Below, piece by piece: positions 10,724-21,225 of a DNA stretch of 64,000 bases. A program made the position numbers and the translations under genes. The notes under the pieces were generated by a model. It was not told where the DNA came from. It searched no databases and saw only the letters and a list, made by a program, of their open reading frames with translations. Within the stretch, counting starts at the first letter, position 1. The number at the start of each line of letters is the position of its first letter. The stretch is from Squalus acanthias (taxonomy: Eukaryota): assembly GCA_030390025.1 (NCBI GenBank), contig CM059431.1, forward strand, positions 132,372,001 to 132,436,000, written 5' to 3'.

Positions 10724-13216
10724 CGTCGTACCTCTCGCACACTCCTCAACCATCTCGTACACCAGCTCTACAGCAAACGCCACAACCTCGAAACCAAGAT
10801 AGAGTCCATGCTCTCAGCCTGTGCTCAGGACACAGCAGACCAGTTACGAGACACCACCAAACAGACGAGGCAACGGAACTACGCTGCCTACATGCGCATC
10901 AAGAACAGGAAGCTTGAGAAACTCGGCATCACCACCAGCAGCAACCAAGCCTCCCCCGGTACCACGGCTGCAACCACAGGGAAGTCCATCGTCAACCTGT
11001 CGGACCACACCCTTCAACCAGACGAAATCGAAGTTCTCGCCCTAGGGCTCAAGTTCTGCCCAACCACCAAAATGGACCCCATCGGCCTCGCGGCAGACAC
11101 GGAGGAATTCATCAGGAGAATGAGGCTCCGGGAATACTTCCACAAATCCCAAGATGTCAGCAACAAACCCAATGAGACAATCAATGATCCAGAACAGCAG
11201 ACAGAGGGACTCGCAGTGCAGCAACCGAAGAAAAAAGAGTCAAACTGGACCCCTCCGGAGGGTCGCTGCCCCAAGCTTGACATGTATGCTCAAGCTGTCA
11301 GGAGATGCATCAACGCCAGATTCATCAGCCGCACTCACAAGACAGTCCAGAATGTCACCCGAGCACAACGCAACGCCATCCACGCTCTCAAGACCAACCG
11401 CAACATTGTCATCAAACCAGCGGACAAAGGAGGAGCCATCGTCATACAGAACAGAATGGACTATTGTAAAGAAGCATACCGACAACTGGACAACCAGGAA
11501 CACTACAGACAGCTACCCGCAGATCCGACCAAAGAACACACCCGCCAACTCAATAGACTGATCAAGACCTTCGATCCAGACCTTCAAAACATCCTACGCG
11601 CTCTCATCCCACGTAATCCCCGCGTGGGAGACTTCTACTGCCTCCCAAAGATACACAAAGCCAACACACCCGGACGTCCTATCGTATCAGGCAATGGAAC
11701 CCTGTGCGAGAACCTCTCTGGATACGTCGAGGGCATTCTGAAACCCATCGTACAGGGAACCCCCAGCTTCTGTCGCGACACTACAGACTTCTTACAGAAA
11801 CTCAGCACCCACGGACCAGTTGAACCAGGAACACTCCTTGCCACGATGGACGTATCGGCACTCTACACCAGTATCCCCCACGATGACGGCATCGCTGCAA
11901 CAGCCTCAGTACTCAACATCAACAACAGCCAATCTCCAGACGCCATCCTACAACTCATCCGCTTCATCCTTGACCACAATGTCTTCACCTTCGACAACCA
12001 TTTTTTTACCCAAACACACGGAACAGCCATGGGGACCAAATTCGCACCCCAATACGCCAACATCTTCATGCACAAGTTCGAGCAAGACTTCTTCGCTGCA
12101 CAGGACCTCCAGCCAACGCTGTATACCAGATACATCGACGACATTTTCTTCCTTTGGACCCATGGCGAAGGATCACTGAAAAGACTACACGATAACATAA
12201 ACATGTTCCATCCCACCATCAAACTCACCATGGACTACTCCTCAGAATCAGTCTCATTCCTGGACACACGAATCTCCATCAAAGACGGACACCTCAGCAC
12301 TTCACTCTACCGCAAGCCCACGGACAACCTCACGATGCTCCACTTCTCCAGCTTCCACCCTAACCATGTTAAAGAAGCCATCCCCTATGGACAAGCCCTG
12401 CGAATACACAGGATCTGCTCAGACGAGGAGGAACGCGATGGACACCTACGGACGCTGAAAAACGCCCTCGTAAGAACGGGATATGACGCTCGACTCATCG
12501 ATCGACAGTTCCGACGGGCCACAGCGAAAAATCGCATAGACCTCCTCAGAAGGCAAACACGGGACACAACCAACAGGGTACCCTACGTCGTCCAGTACTT
12601 CCCCGGAGCGGAGAAACTACGCCATGTTCTTCGCAGCCTTCAACATGTCATCGATGACGACAAACACCTCGCTAAGGCCATCCCCACGCCTCCACTACTT
12701 GCCTTCAAACAGCCGCCTAACCTCAGAAGTACCATCGTTCGCAGCAAATTACCCAGCTTTCAGGATAACAGCGACCACGACACCACACAACCCTGCCATG
12801 GCAAACTCTGCAAGACATGCCAGATCATCAACACAGATACCACCATCACACGTGAGGACACTACCCACCAGGTACATGGTACATACTCATGTGACTCGGC
12901 CAACGTTGTCTACCTCATACGTTGCAGGAAAGAATGCACCGCGGCATGGTACATCGGCGAGACCATGCAGACACTGAGACAACGTATGAACGAGCACCGC
13001 GCAACAATCGCCAGGCAGGATTGTTACCTCCCAGTCGGGGAACACTTCAGCAGTCAAGGACATTCAGCCTCGGATCTGCGGGTAAGCGTTCTCCAAGGCA
13101 ACCTTAGAAACACACGACAACGCAAAATCATCGAGCAGAAACTGATAGCCAAGTTCCGCACTCATGAAGACGGTCTCAATCGGGATCTTGGGTTTATGTC
13201 ACGATACATGACGTGA
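10724..13216 (+). CDS. Penelope RT + GIY-YIG endonuclease ORF, 5'-truncated, uninterrupted
   Basis: Motifs IKPADKGG, FYCLPKIHK, GRPIVS, DVSALYTSIP, GTAMG, RYIDD; Cys linker PCHGKLCKTC; VVYLIRC..C...YIGET...R..EH endonuclease. Confidence 0.92.
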   Translation, partial: RRTSRTLLNHLVHQLYSKRHNLETKIESMLSACAQDTADQLRDTTKQTRQRNYAAYMRIKNRKLEKLGITTSSNQASPGTTAATTGKSIVNLSDHTLQPDEIEVLALGLKFCPTTKMDPIGLAADTEEFIRRMRLREYFHKSQDVSNKPNETINDPEQQTEGLAVQQPKKKESNWTPPEGRCPKLDMYAQAVRRCINARFISRTHKTVQNVTRAQRNAIHALKTNRNIVIKPADKGGAIVIQNRMDYCKEAYRQLDNQEHYRQLPADPTKEHTRQLNRLIKTFDPDLQNILRALIPRNPRVGDFYCLPKIHKANTPGRPIVSGNGTLCENLSGYVEGILKPIVQGTPSFCRDTTDFLQKLSTHGPVEPGTLLATMDVSALYTSIPHDDGIAATASVLNINNSQSPDAILQLIRFILDHNVFTFDNHFFTQTHGTAMGTKFAPQYANIFMHKFEQDFFAAQDLQPTLYTRYIDDIFFLWTHGEGSLKRLHDNINMFHPTIKLTMDYSSESVSFLDTRISIKDGHLSTSLYRKPTDNLTMLHFSSFHPNHVKEAIPYGQALRIHRICSDEEERDGHLRTLKNALVRTGYDARLIDRQFRRATAKNRIDLLRRQTRDTTNRVPYVVQYFPGAEKLRHVLRSLQHVIDDDKHLAKAIPTPPLLAFKQPPNLRSTIVRSKLPSFQDNSDHDTTQPCHGKLCKTCQIINTDTTITREDTTHQVHGTYSCDSANVVYLIRCRKECTAAWYIGETMQTLRQRMNEHRATIARQDCYLPVGEHFSSQGHSASDLRVSVLQGNLRNTRQRKIIEQKLIAKFRTHEDGLNRDLGFMSRYMT

Positions 13217-13548
13217 TCCGGACTCGAGTCGTCGTTAGCTTGTTCACAGATGTGATTCCCAGTAAAAAAGTAAAAATTTTCCCAGTAAAAAAGTAAAAAA
13301 ATGTTAAAGCTTTTCGTTTTACATACAGACGGCAGCTTTTGACATGTTAGAACCCCTGCGACTACACCTCATTGTCTCAGTTGTATCTTGCTATGTCTTT
13401 GATGTGGTACCTTCCTGGCTGACTTAATTAACTTTATCACACCTTGGCAGATAGTCAGGATGATTTAATTTATTGGTCTGCAATTGTAAAGTACACATGC
13501 TTTGTTTTCCACCTATATATGCTTTGGAGATTCTGTATCTAATTTACT

Positions 13549-13591
13549 TCACCTGAGGAAGGAGCAAATCGATAGCTCCGAAAGCTTGTGA
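13549..13591 (+). ncRNA. Minimal type I hammerhead ribozyme motif in the Penelope 3' region
   Basis: TCAC-CTGAGGA-A-GGAGC[AAATCGATA]GCTCC-GAAA-GCTT-GTGA: stem I, CUGANGA core, stem II, GAAA, palindromic AAGCTT in place of stem III. Confidence 0.8.
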
Positions 13592-14217
13592 TTTCAAATA
13601 AAACTGTTGGACTATAACCTGGTGTTGTGCGACCTCTCAATTTTGTCCACCCCAGTCAACACCGGCATCTCCGCATCATAATTTAATAGTAGCAGAATTC
13701 CCAAAGTACTGAGTGTTATAGTTTGCATTCATTTCAGAGAAGCAAGTACAAATCCCACCATGGCAGTTGGGGAATTTAAATTCAGTTAATTAAATAAATC
13801 TGGAATAAAAAGCTAGTATCAGTAATGGTGACCGTGAAACTATTGGATTGTCGTAAAAATCCATCTGGTTCACTACTGTCCTTTAGGGAAGGAAATCAGC
13901 CTACTCTCAATCATCAGCAAAGTGATGGAAGGTGTCGTCAACAGTGCTATCAAGCAGCACTTACTCACCAATAACCTGCTGACTGTAAGTGAATAAAAGA
14001 ATAAGGGTGAGAAGGAAGAACACCAGAAATCTGCCACAAACCCTGAGCTGGAGGCGGGATGTGTGACAAATTTCTGCTACTTTCACAGTTTCTAATTCTT
14101 CATTTCCTTCCTACATTTCCATACCCCCATGACTTCCTTCCCAAGCTTTTGAGGGCATCCCTTATATACAGGGTTAGATATTGCAAGGCAAAGTTTCCTG
14201 CCCTTGCAAATGTTCTC

Positions 14218-14345
14218 TTTCTCTACATTACAACAGTGACTACACTTAAAAAAAAGTACTTAATTGGCTGTAAAGCGCTTTGGGACGTCCGGTGGTCGTG
14301 AAAGGCGCTATATAAATGCAAGTCTTTCTCTCTTTCTTTCTTTCT
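14218..14345 (+). repeat. L2-related SINE/LINE 3' tail
   Basis: ATTGGCTGTAAAGCGCTTTGGGACGTCC...GCGCTATATAAATGCAAGTC + (TTTC)n; related copy at 26535-26620 on minus. Confidence 0.6.
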
Positions 14346-14709
14346 CTGTTATTGTGCACTGTCTTCTACAAGCAGAGCAGAAGAAATGAGAAATTCCAAC
14401 TGTCAAGATGACATGCAGCAAAATCCAACTGTCCTCATGCACCTATAGTGGGTGTGATGTGATGCATATTAGTATTTAACTACAATAGAGGGAAGGCTTG
14501 TTTTGCGCTGATTGCATGCAAGGATGTGAGTGAAAGAACACTTCCAGGTAAAGGTTAGGGGTGATAAGGGTTACCCAGCTGCATCATAGATACTCATGGT
14601 TAGATTGAAAACTCTCTTGCGTTGATTGAGGAATTTTCCCTTTGGATTGGAAAATTGCCAAAGTCACTCCATTATGTAAGAAGGGTGGGAGTGGTAAACC
14701 ATGAAATCA

Positions 14710-16380
14710 TAGACCTGTTAGTCGATGTTATTTATGTGGGCTTCCAGAAGATATTCAATAAGGTTCCACACAGGAGACTGTTAGCAAAACTGAAAGCACA
14801 TAGAATTGGAGACAACCTTTTGACATGGGTAGTAGACAGAAAGTAGAGATAATGGCCGGAATTTTCAGAGGTAAGAACGGGTGGGTTGGAGGCGTGGGGG
14901 GGAAGTGAAAGTTGAAAAAATGTGAACCCCGACCCCAACCCGCCTCCTTTCACCTTTCACTCGGGGGGTGGGGGGGGGTGTGCGGGCTGCCAACTCGCTG
15001 CCAAGAGGAGGGTTGGCAATTTACATATTATAATGAGGCCTGAAACCTCTACTTTAACCTGCTTTGCAGGTTTTACTGCAGACGGCTGCGAATCCTGGGG
15101 CTCAGGATTCCCAGTGGCTGCAACGAGGTGGCCTCAGCCTCGGAGAGCAATCCTTGTGGGGCGGGAGGAGCAGGAGTGCTTCCACCCGGCCCCCCCAAGC
15201 TCCCCCATTATCAGCCTGGCACCCATCCCCCCACCCCGGCCGGGGTCGGGGTTCGGACCCCCCCCCCGCCGCACCCGGGATCGGATCCCCCTGGGCTTGG
15301 ACAACCCCCACCACCGCCCCACCATCCTGGGCCCAGCACTTACTTGTTGCTGCGGCCTCATCCTCCGAGTTCCTGTTAATCAGGCTGACTTCCAGGCAGG
15401 TAACCCACCCCTGAAGTCGCACGCACGCTGTGGAGTTAAAACGGCCTTCCAGGTTTCCCACCATCTCCCGGGTCCCCCCCGCACCGTGCCAGTGGGACCC
15501 GGCAAAATCCAGCCTAATGGGTATGTACTCAGATGTGACTAGTGTGCCCCTCAGGATCACTACTGGGGCCTCAGCTTTTCACGATATTTATGAATAGCTT
15601 AAATGAAGGAATAGAGAGCCGTACATGCAAATTTGCTGATGACACTAAGTTAGTTAGCACAGTAAGTCATGTAGTTGGGAGCAGGAAGTTGCAAAAGGAC
15701 ATTGATAGATTAAATGAGTGGGCAAAACTGTGGCAGATGGAGTTCAATGTGGGGAAGTGTGAGGTCATCCACTTTGGACCTGCGATATTTCAAAGTACTG
15801 TCTAAATACGAGGAATTGTGGAGGAGAAGAGTGCTCTGGTTAGACAGCGTCGAGAGTACTGCATTCGATTCTGGGCTTTGTACCTCAGGAAGGATATATT
15901 GGCCTTGCAGCACAGATTCATCAGAATGCTACTGGAGCTTAGAGGGTTAAATTATGAGGACAGGTTGTGTAGACTAGGCTTGTATTCCCTTGAATATAGA
16001 AGATTGTGTTTAATTGAGGTGTTTAAGATGATTAAAGGATATGATAGGGTAGATAGAGAGAAACTATTTCCTTTGGTGGGCGAATCCAGAACAAGGGGGG
16101 CATAATCTTAAAATTGGAGCTAGGCCATTCAGGGTTGACGTTAGGAAGCACTTCTTCACACAAATATTGGTATAAATCTGGAACGCTCTCCTCCAAAAAG
16201 CTGTTGAGGCTAGGTCAATTGAAAATTTATAAACTGAGATTGATGGACTTTTGTTAGATAAGTGATATTAAGGGATATGGAATCAAGGCTGGTAAATGGA
16301 GTTAAGATACAGATCAGCCATGATCTAATTGAATGGTGGAGTAGGCTCAAGGGGCTGAATGGCCTACTCCTGTTCCTATG
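14710..16380 (+). mobile_element. CR1 3' fragment with nested MITE
   Basis: FQKIFNKVPHRRL, LLGPQLF, KFADDTK, RLGLYSLE; CR1-type 3' UTR ending GGCCTACTCCTGTTCCTATG. Confidence 0.85.
14854..15514. mobile_element. GC-rich MITE in CR1
   Basis: Ends GGCCGGAATTT / AAATCCAGCC, flanked by duplicated (T)AAT. Confidence 0.72.
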
Positions 16381-17995
16381 GAAGTACTTTAAGACAGTGT
16401 GAATGGGAGGTAGTTACAGTGCCATATGTAATTGGTCCACTGCATTAATGGAAGATTATGGTGGGTTCTCCTATGTTGGTTAAATCATTAAACTTTTTTC
16501 AGCACTGTTTCCAATGCAGTGTGTTGGAGGGGCATTAATACTAATAGTCACCTTCACCCATCCTCTCTGATCTGGTCATTTTAGGAGGCTACAGTGCTCA
16601 TTCCTCTATCTCGCTTTCTCGAGAGGAATCTCTATAGCCCGATTCAAACAATGGGCCATTCCTTGGCTTCCCACATTCTGCCCAGACACTGACTTTTGCC
16701 ACGAGTCCCAAATTGCTATTTTCAGAAATCAACAGGGGCTGCCCCTTTAAGATGCTGTAATCCTGTAGTGGCACATTCTTTCCCATCCACCAATGGGCAA
16801 GCTTATCAATCACAAATGCTTTCCATGCAGCCATCTCAACCAGCATATTAAAATTATGTTTGACCCCGGAAATACGCACAAGGTCAGGGCACTATGGGCT
16901 CAATTTTAACTTATGGGCAACCAATCGGCCCATTCCAGTAAGCTGCGGACACCAAATGGGTGTCTCGATGTAGCTTGCCAGATTAAGGTTGGCACAATAT
17001 CGGATGCCACAAAGGCCCCAGAGGTAGGCCCCTGAAAAAGTGGTAGCGGGCTGATTGCCACGTAAACAGGGCGGTAAATCTACCGACACCATTATGAGGC
17101 CATTATTGCCCCATTATTGCTGATTTCAGTAAGTTAACTTCAACTCCTATCTGTTGGGCAGGTGCAATTTTTGCACTGCCCTTCCTCTGGTTGGGCTTAT
17201 GCACGATCAGTAAATCGTTGCTACCATGTACTTTTGGGTTTTGTCTAGGTCTGATCTTGTATTCAACTAGATGTACAATGAAGTATCTCAAAAGCAGTTC
17301 CAAGAAAAGCTTAACATAAATTGGTGAAAGCAATTATTTAGTGTCTGATGTGGAGGGGGTTAAATAGGATAACAAAAATGGCGTGGGGATCATGGTGTAC
17401 GATTAACCTGTGTCCATTCATTGCGCTGCCTGCTGATTTCCATGATTGCAGCACTATCCGTGCTGTTCATTGGCTGCATGCATTAGCAGGAGGCCCGATA
17501 TCACGAGTGGCTAGTGCTAGTTAAAGGTAGACTGCACATCTTAAAGGGGAGGTGTATTGTGGCTGCTGGAAGTGGTGTCAGGAGTGAATTGATTTTGAAG
17601 AATTTTGTCAAGGTGGTTCAACCTACGAGAGAACGTGATCCAAGGTTTTCTGACAATGCGCTGGCGGCCTTGGTGCAAGAGGTAGAGAAAAGGAGAGACA
17701 TCGGCCAGAAACCTTACCTTGGGAGCGTGCAGGCCGCGTAGCAGGTCGCCATCCCGAAGATTTCAACAACGTGTTCTGCACTGCGCGTTTAACTCAATTG
17801 TACCAATTGAAAGAGTCATGTGGGTTTCCCGGCCCAATTAAATGGAGCGGGTCTGATGACGTCACCGATGACTCGTTTTCAGCGCGGCTATGTAAAGCAG
17901 CCTTGCACACATCACATTTGAAGGTTGCTGTAGGAGTGTTCAAGGTGCTTTGAAGAGCTACAAATTGCTGAATAAGATTGAGAATTCTGTGGGTC

Positions 17996-19660
17996 ATGGA
18001 GACACAAAGACAGGCGGCAGCGCCAAGATTCCCAGATGCCTCCCTGGAAGTGCTGGTCCAGGGAGTAAGAGCACGCAGGGAGGTCCTCTTCCATGAGGAT
18101 GGCCGAAAAAGCCCAGCCCGAGACACTAAGAAGGTATGGCTAGCGATTGCAGAGGAGGTCAGCAGCAGGGATGTGGTGAGGCGGACGTGGATCCAGTGCC
18201 GCAAATGATTCAATGATCTCATCAGGTCAGGAAAGGTGAGTACAATGTCACACTCACCTACATCCTGATGTGCATGTCACCCCAACCCCATCAATCTGCC
18301 TTCCCAAGCTTACTCCTGCACATCACTCCTCACACCAACCTACCTTGCAGGTCCACCCATCTCTCTCTGTCTGTGTACCTACTCACATCCCCATCTGACA
18401 AACCACCACTGACACTCACCCTCATCCTAATGCAATCCTAGCAAGTAACACCACAGAAGGAGGCCATTTGGCAATGTCACGCCACTCCTTCATAGTCACT
18501 CTCTACAGATGTAGCCCATCCATTCCTTACACTCATTCCATCACTCTCACTCAAAGTTCTCTTCTTTCCCTCCTTGCAGAAGAGAGCCCACAACAACAGG
18601 GAGAGGTGGAGAACCAGAGGTGGCCCTCCAATATTCACAAATTTGACTCAGCAGAGGAGGAGGCCCTAGAAATCTCTGGAGTTGCAGAGCTGCTGGCAGT
18701 GTGAGATGGATAGAGGAGGACATCCCAGCAAGCTGGTGACAGAATTAAATCTCATACAGCCAAATGGCATACAACAGTCACTCATATGGTGACTGATGTC
18801 AGCAGCCAGTGAAATGTCAGCATGTGCATAATAGTAATGTTACCCATTCTTAACATAACACTTCTAATTCATCTCCTTACTCTCCGACAGGTCCATGAAG
18901 TGTCCCCCCTCCATTGTCCAGCCGGAGGAGGAAGAGGACTCCTCAGAGGAAGCTCCAGTCTCTGAGGGTGTACCGTCAGTAGACCCATGCGCACCCAGCA
19001 CCAGCGCAGGTGGGTCCTGTGAGAGATAGAATAGTGCTGTCACCTGGTGTCTCAGGCATCATAAGTGAGCAAGAGCAGATGGTGGAGACAGGGACAGCTG
19101 TGCAGAGTCCTCAGTGGAGGGCGCTGGACGCTCCAAGCTCAGCTGATCTGCATGCAGATGCTGAACCTCGGGTGGCATCGAGAAAGAGGATGATCTTGGA
19201 GGAGCAGCAACAATTGCGCGAGGCTCCAGCAGCTTTTCCAGCTGCGATGTGTGCGATTGTAGAGAGAATGGAGGAGTCCATCTCCACCATGAGCACCACC
19301 ATCTCGCAGGCGATGGCGACAATGTGCTGTTCCATGGAAAGGATGGCCATCTGCACGGAGCAGCAAATGCGCCAGTCCAACGAGAACATGCTTGCTGTGA
19401 ACAACAAATTGCAGACACTCATTGACCTCATCTCGAGAAGGGATACTAATGTAGACTTGGGCGTTCATCGCCCCACTGATGTGCAGCAAGGTGCTCTCCA
19501 GCAGTCTTTGGCGGGGCCCTCACAGGCTCCAAAACCCAGAGGACATCCGCCAAAAGTGTCTAAACAGTTGCAGCAGGAAAATGAGCAACCTGCTTCTACC
19601 TCTGCTGAAGCCATAGGGGATGCACCTCGTAGAAGCACATGGAAAAGAAAAAAGACATAA
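17996..19660 (+). pseudogene. PIF/Harbinger Myb/SANT-like DNA-binding gene relic (three putative exons)
   Basis: APRFPDASLEVLVQGV...W..IAEEV...RTWIQCRK*FNDL; donors at 18236 and 18736, acceptors at 18579 and 18890; in-frame stop. Confidence 0.75.
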
Positions 19661-20059
19661 TCCTAGATGCACAAGTGTATGCACATGGGTGTATCAAAAA
19701 ATGTTAATGTTAAGTTTCAGTTGTATTTATGATGCACATAAATTTCTTCCTTTGCACAACTTTCCCATCTTGTCCATTTTTGCCTGCTACCTGGGAAGTG
19801 GCTATGTCACTTGGAATGACATGACTTAACTCAAGCAATGGGGGTTTGGGTAACAGGAATGGCTTGGTCATTGTAGGACTGTTTTGTGGTGTTGTTGGGG
19901 GCGGGGGGGGCGTTGTGGGGGGCGAGAGCGAAGTTAGTACAGCATCTGGCAGCCGTATGGATGCACTGGTGCAAGTTACGTTAAGTAAATCTGGTCATCC
20001 TGGGTCTCCCAGGGAGCAATCTGCACTTCTGCTGGTACCATCTCCACTTCAGGTTGCTC

Positions 20060-21140
20060 CTCCTCCTCCTCGTGTTCCACCTGTTCCTCCTCCTCTTCCT
20101 CTGAAGAGGCTGTGCGCTAAGTGCCTTGCTCCTCCTGCAGCTCCAATCCTTGTTGCTGTGCTATGTTGTGCAGTGCACAGTAGACGACGATGATTCTGGA
20201 GACCCTGGCTGGTGCGTACTGAAGGGCTCCTCCAGATCTGTCAAGGCATCTGAAGCAAATCTACATCATGCCGCTTGCTTGCTCTATGTCACATCTGGTG
20301 GACATGTGGCTGCCATTAGAATGCTCCTCAGCCTCATTACTTGGCCTTCTCAGGGGTGTCATCAGCCACTTCTTCAGTGGACAGCCCTTGTCTCCAAGCA
20401 GACAGCTGGTAAGTCTGTTTGGAGATGCGAAGAGCTGAAGCAAGGTGGACTGGCGCAAGACAAGAGTCATGACAACTGCCTAGGAATCTGGCTCACACAT
20501 GCATGATGATCTTTTTATGGTTGCAGACAAGCTGCACAGAGGGAAAGGAAGCCCTTCCAGTTCACCAACACTCCTGGGTGATCTGGGGGAGCCTTGATGG
20601 CCACGTGTGCAGTCAATGACGCCCTGCACCTGTGGGAGGCTAGCCAGAGCCGCAAAGCCGAGCGCCCGCTCAGTAACACTGGCTTCATCAGTGGCAAAGT
20701 TTACATAATTGGCTGACTTGTGAAACAAGGCATCGGTCACCTGGGTGATACATGTGGGCGGCCGACTGCGAGATGCTGCAAATGTCTGCTGCAGATCCCT
20801 CGAAGGAGCCTGAGGCGAAGAAGTTGAGGGCGGTGGTGACTTTGGAAACCACTAGTATGGCAAGTCCACCAGGTTCCTCTCGGCAGCAGGTCTTGTTCCA
20901 GCAAGCTACAAATGTCTGCACGACCTGGCATGATACCCTGAGCCTCCTTTGGCACTGCTGTCCAGTCATATGCAGGAAGCTCATCCTCTGCCTATATACC
21001 CTGTGTTGGGGGTATTGCCTCCAGCGCGGTGCAGCCCTTTGATGAGCCCCTCTCTCCTGTGGAGCATCAGGTCGTTGAGGAGAAGGCTGCTGTTGTGGTT
21101 GCTGCTGCTGCTGCTGGTGTTGGTGGTGCTGGGGCTCATC
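20060..21140 (-). pseudogene. Harbinger (HARBI1-like) DDE transposase relic, convergent with the Myb gene
   Basis: [45 protein letters not shown]; frameshifts and stops. Confidence 0.88.
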
Positions 21141-21225
21141 TTGGTCTGATTCAGAGGTCCAAGGTGAGACAGCATAAGCTGCAACCAGGCTGATCTAAGG
21201 CAGGTAAAGTGGAGATCAGAGGCAC

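Larger units (their letters stand above)
7803..13678. mobile_element. Penelope-like retroelement (probably Neptune group) inserted as a head-to-head palindrome of two 5'-truncated copies
   Basis: Arms 7803-10718 and 10724-13639 are reverse complements around GCAGA; 39-nt extra tail 13640-13678; TSD TAATTTAATAGT at 7792-7803 and 13679-13690. Confidence 0.95.

Noticed and set aside
10700..10742. 838-aa ORF starts as real Penelope N-termini
   Set aside because: The 'M' is a GTG in the opposite arm read across the hinge; both copies are 5'-truncated.
8335..13107. Many short alternative-frame and antisense ORFs in the Penelope arms (likewise in CR1/L2)
   Set aside because: Shadows of the RT frames, duplicated by the palindrome.
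7803..13639. Palindrome as a fold-back sequencing or assembly artefact
   Set aside because: A TSD, a one-sided tail and CpG-type arm differences argue for a real insertion; read-level confirmation is still needed.
14922..15560. Several overlapping Pro/Gly-rich ORFs
   Set aside because: Products of a GC-rich MITE; no recognisable domains.
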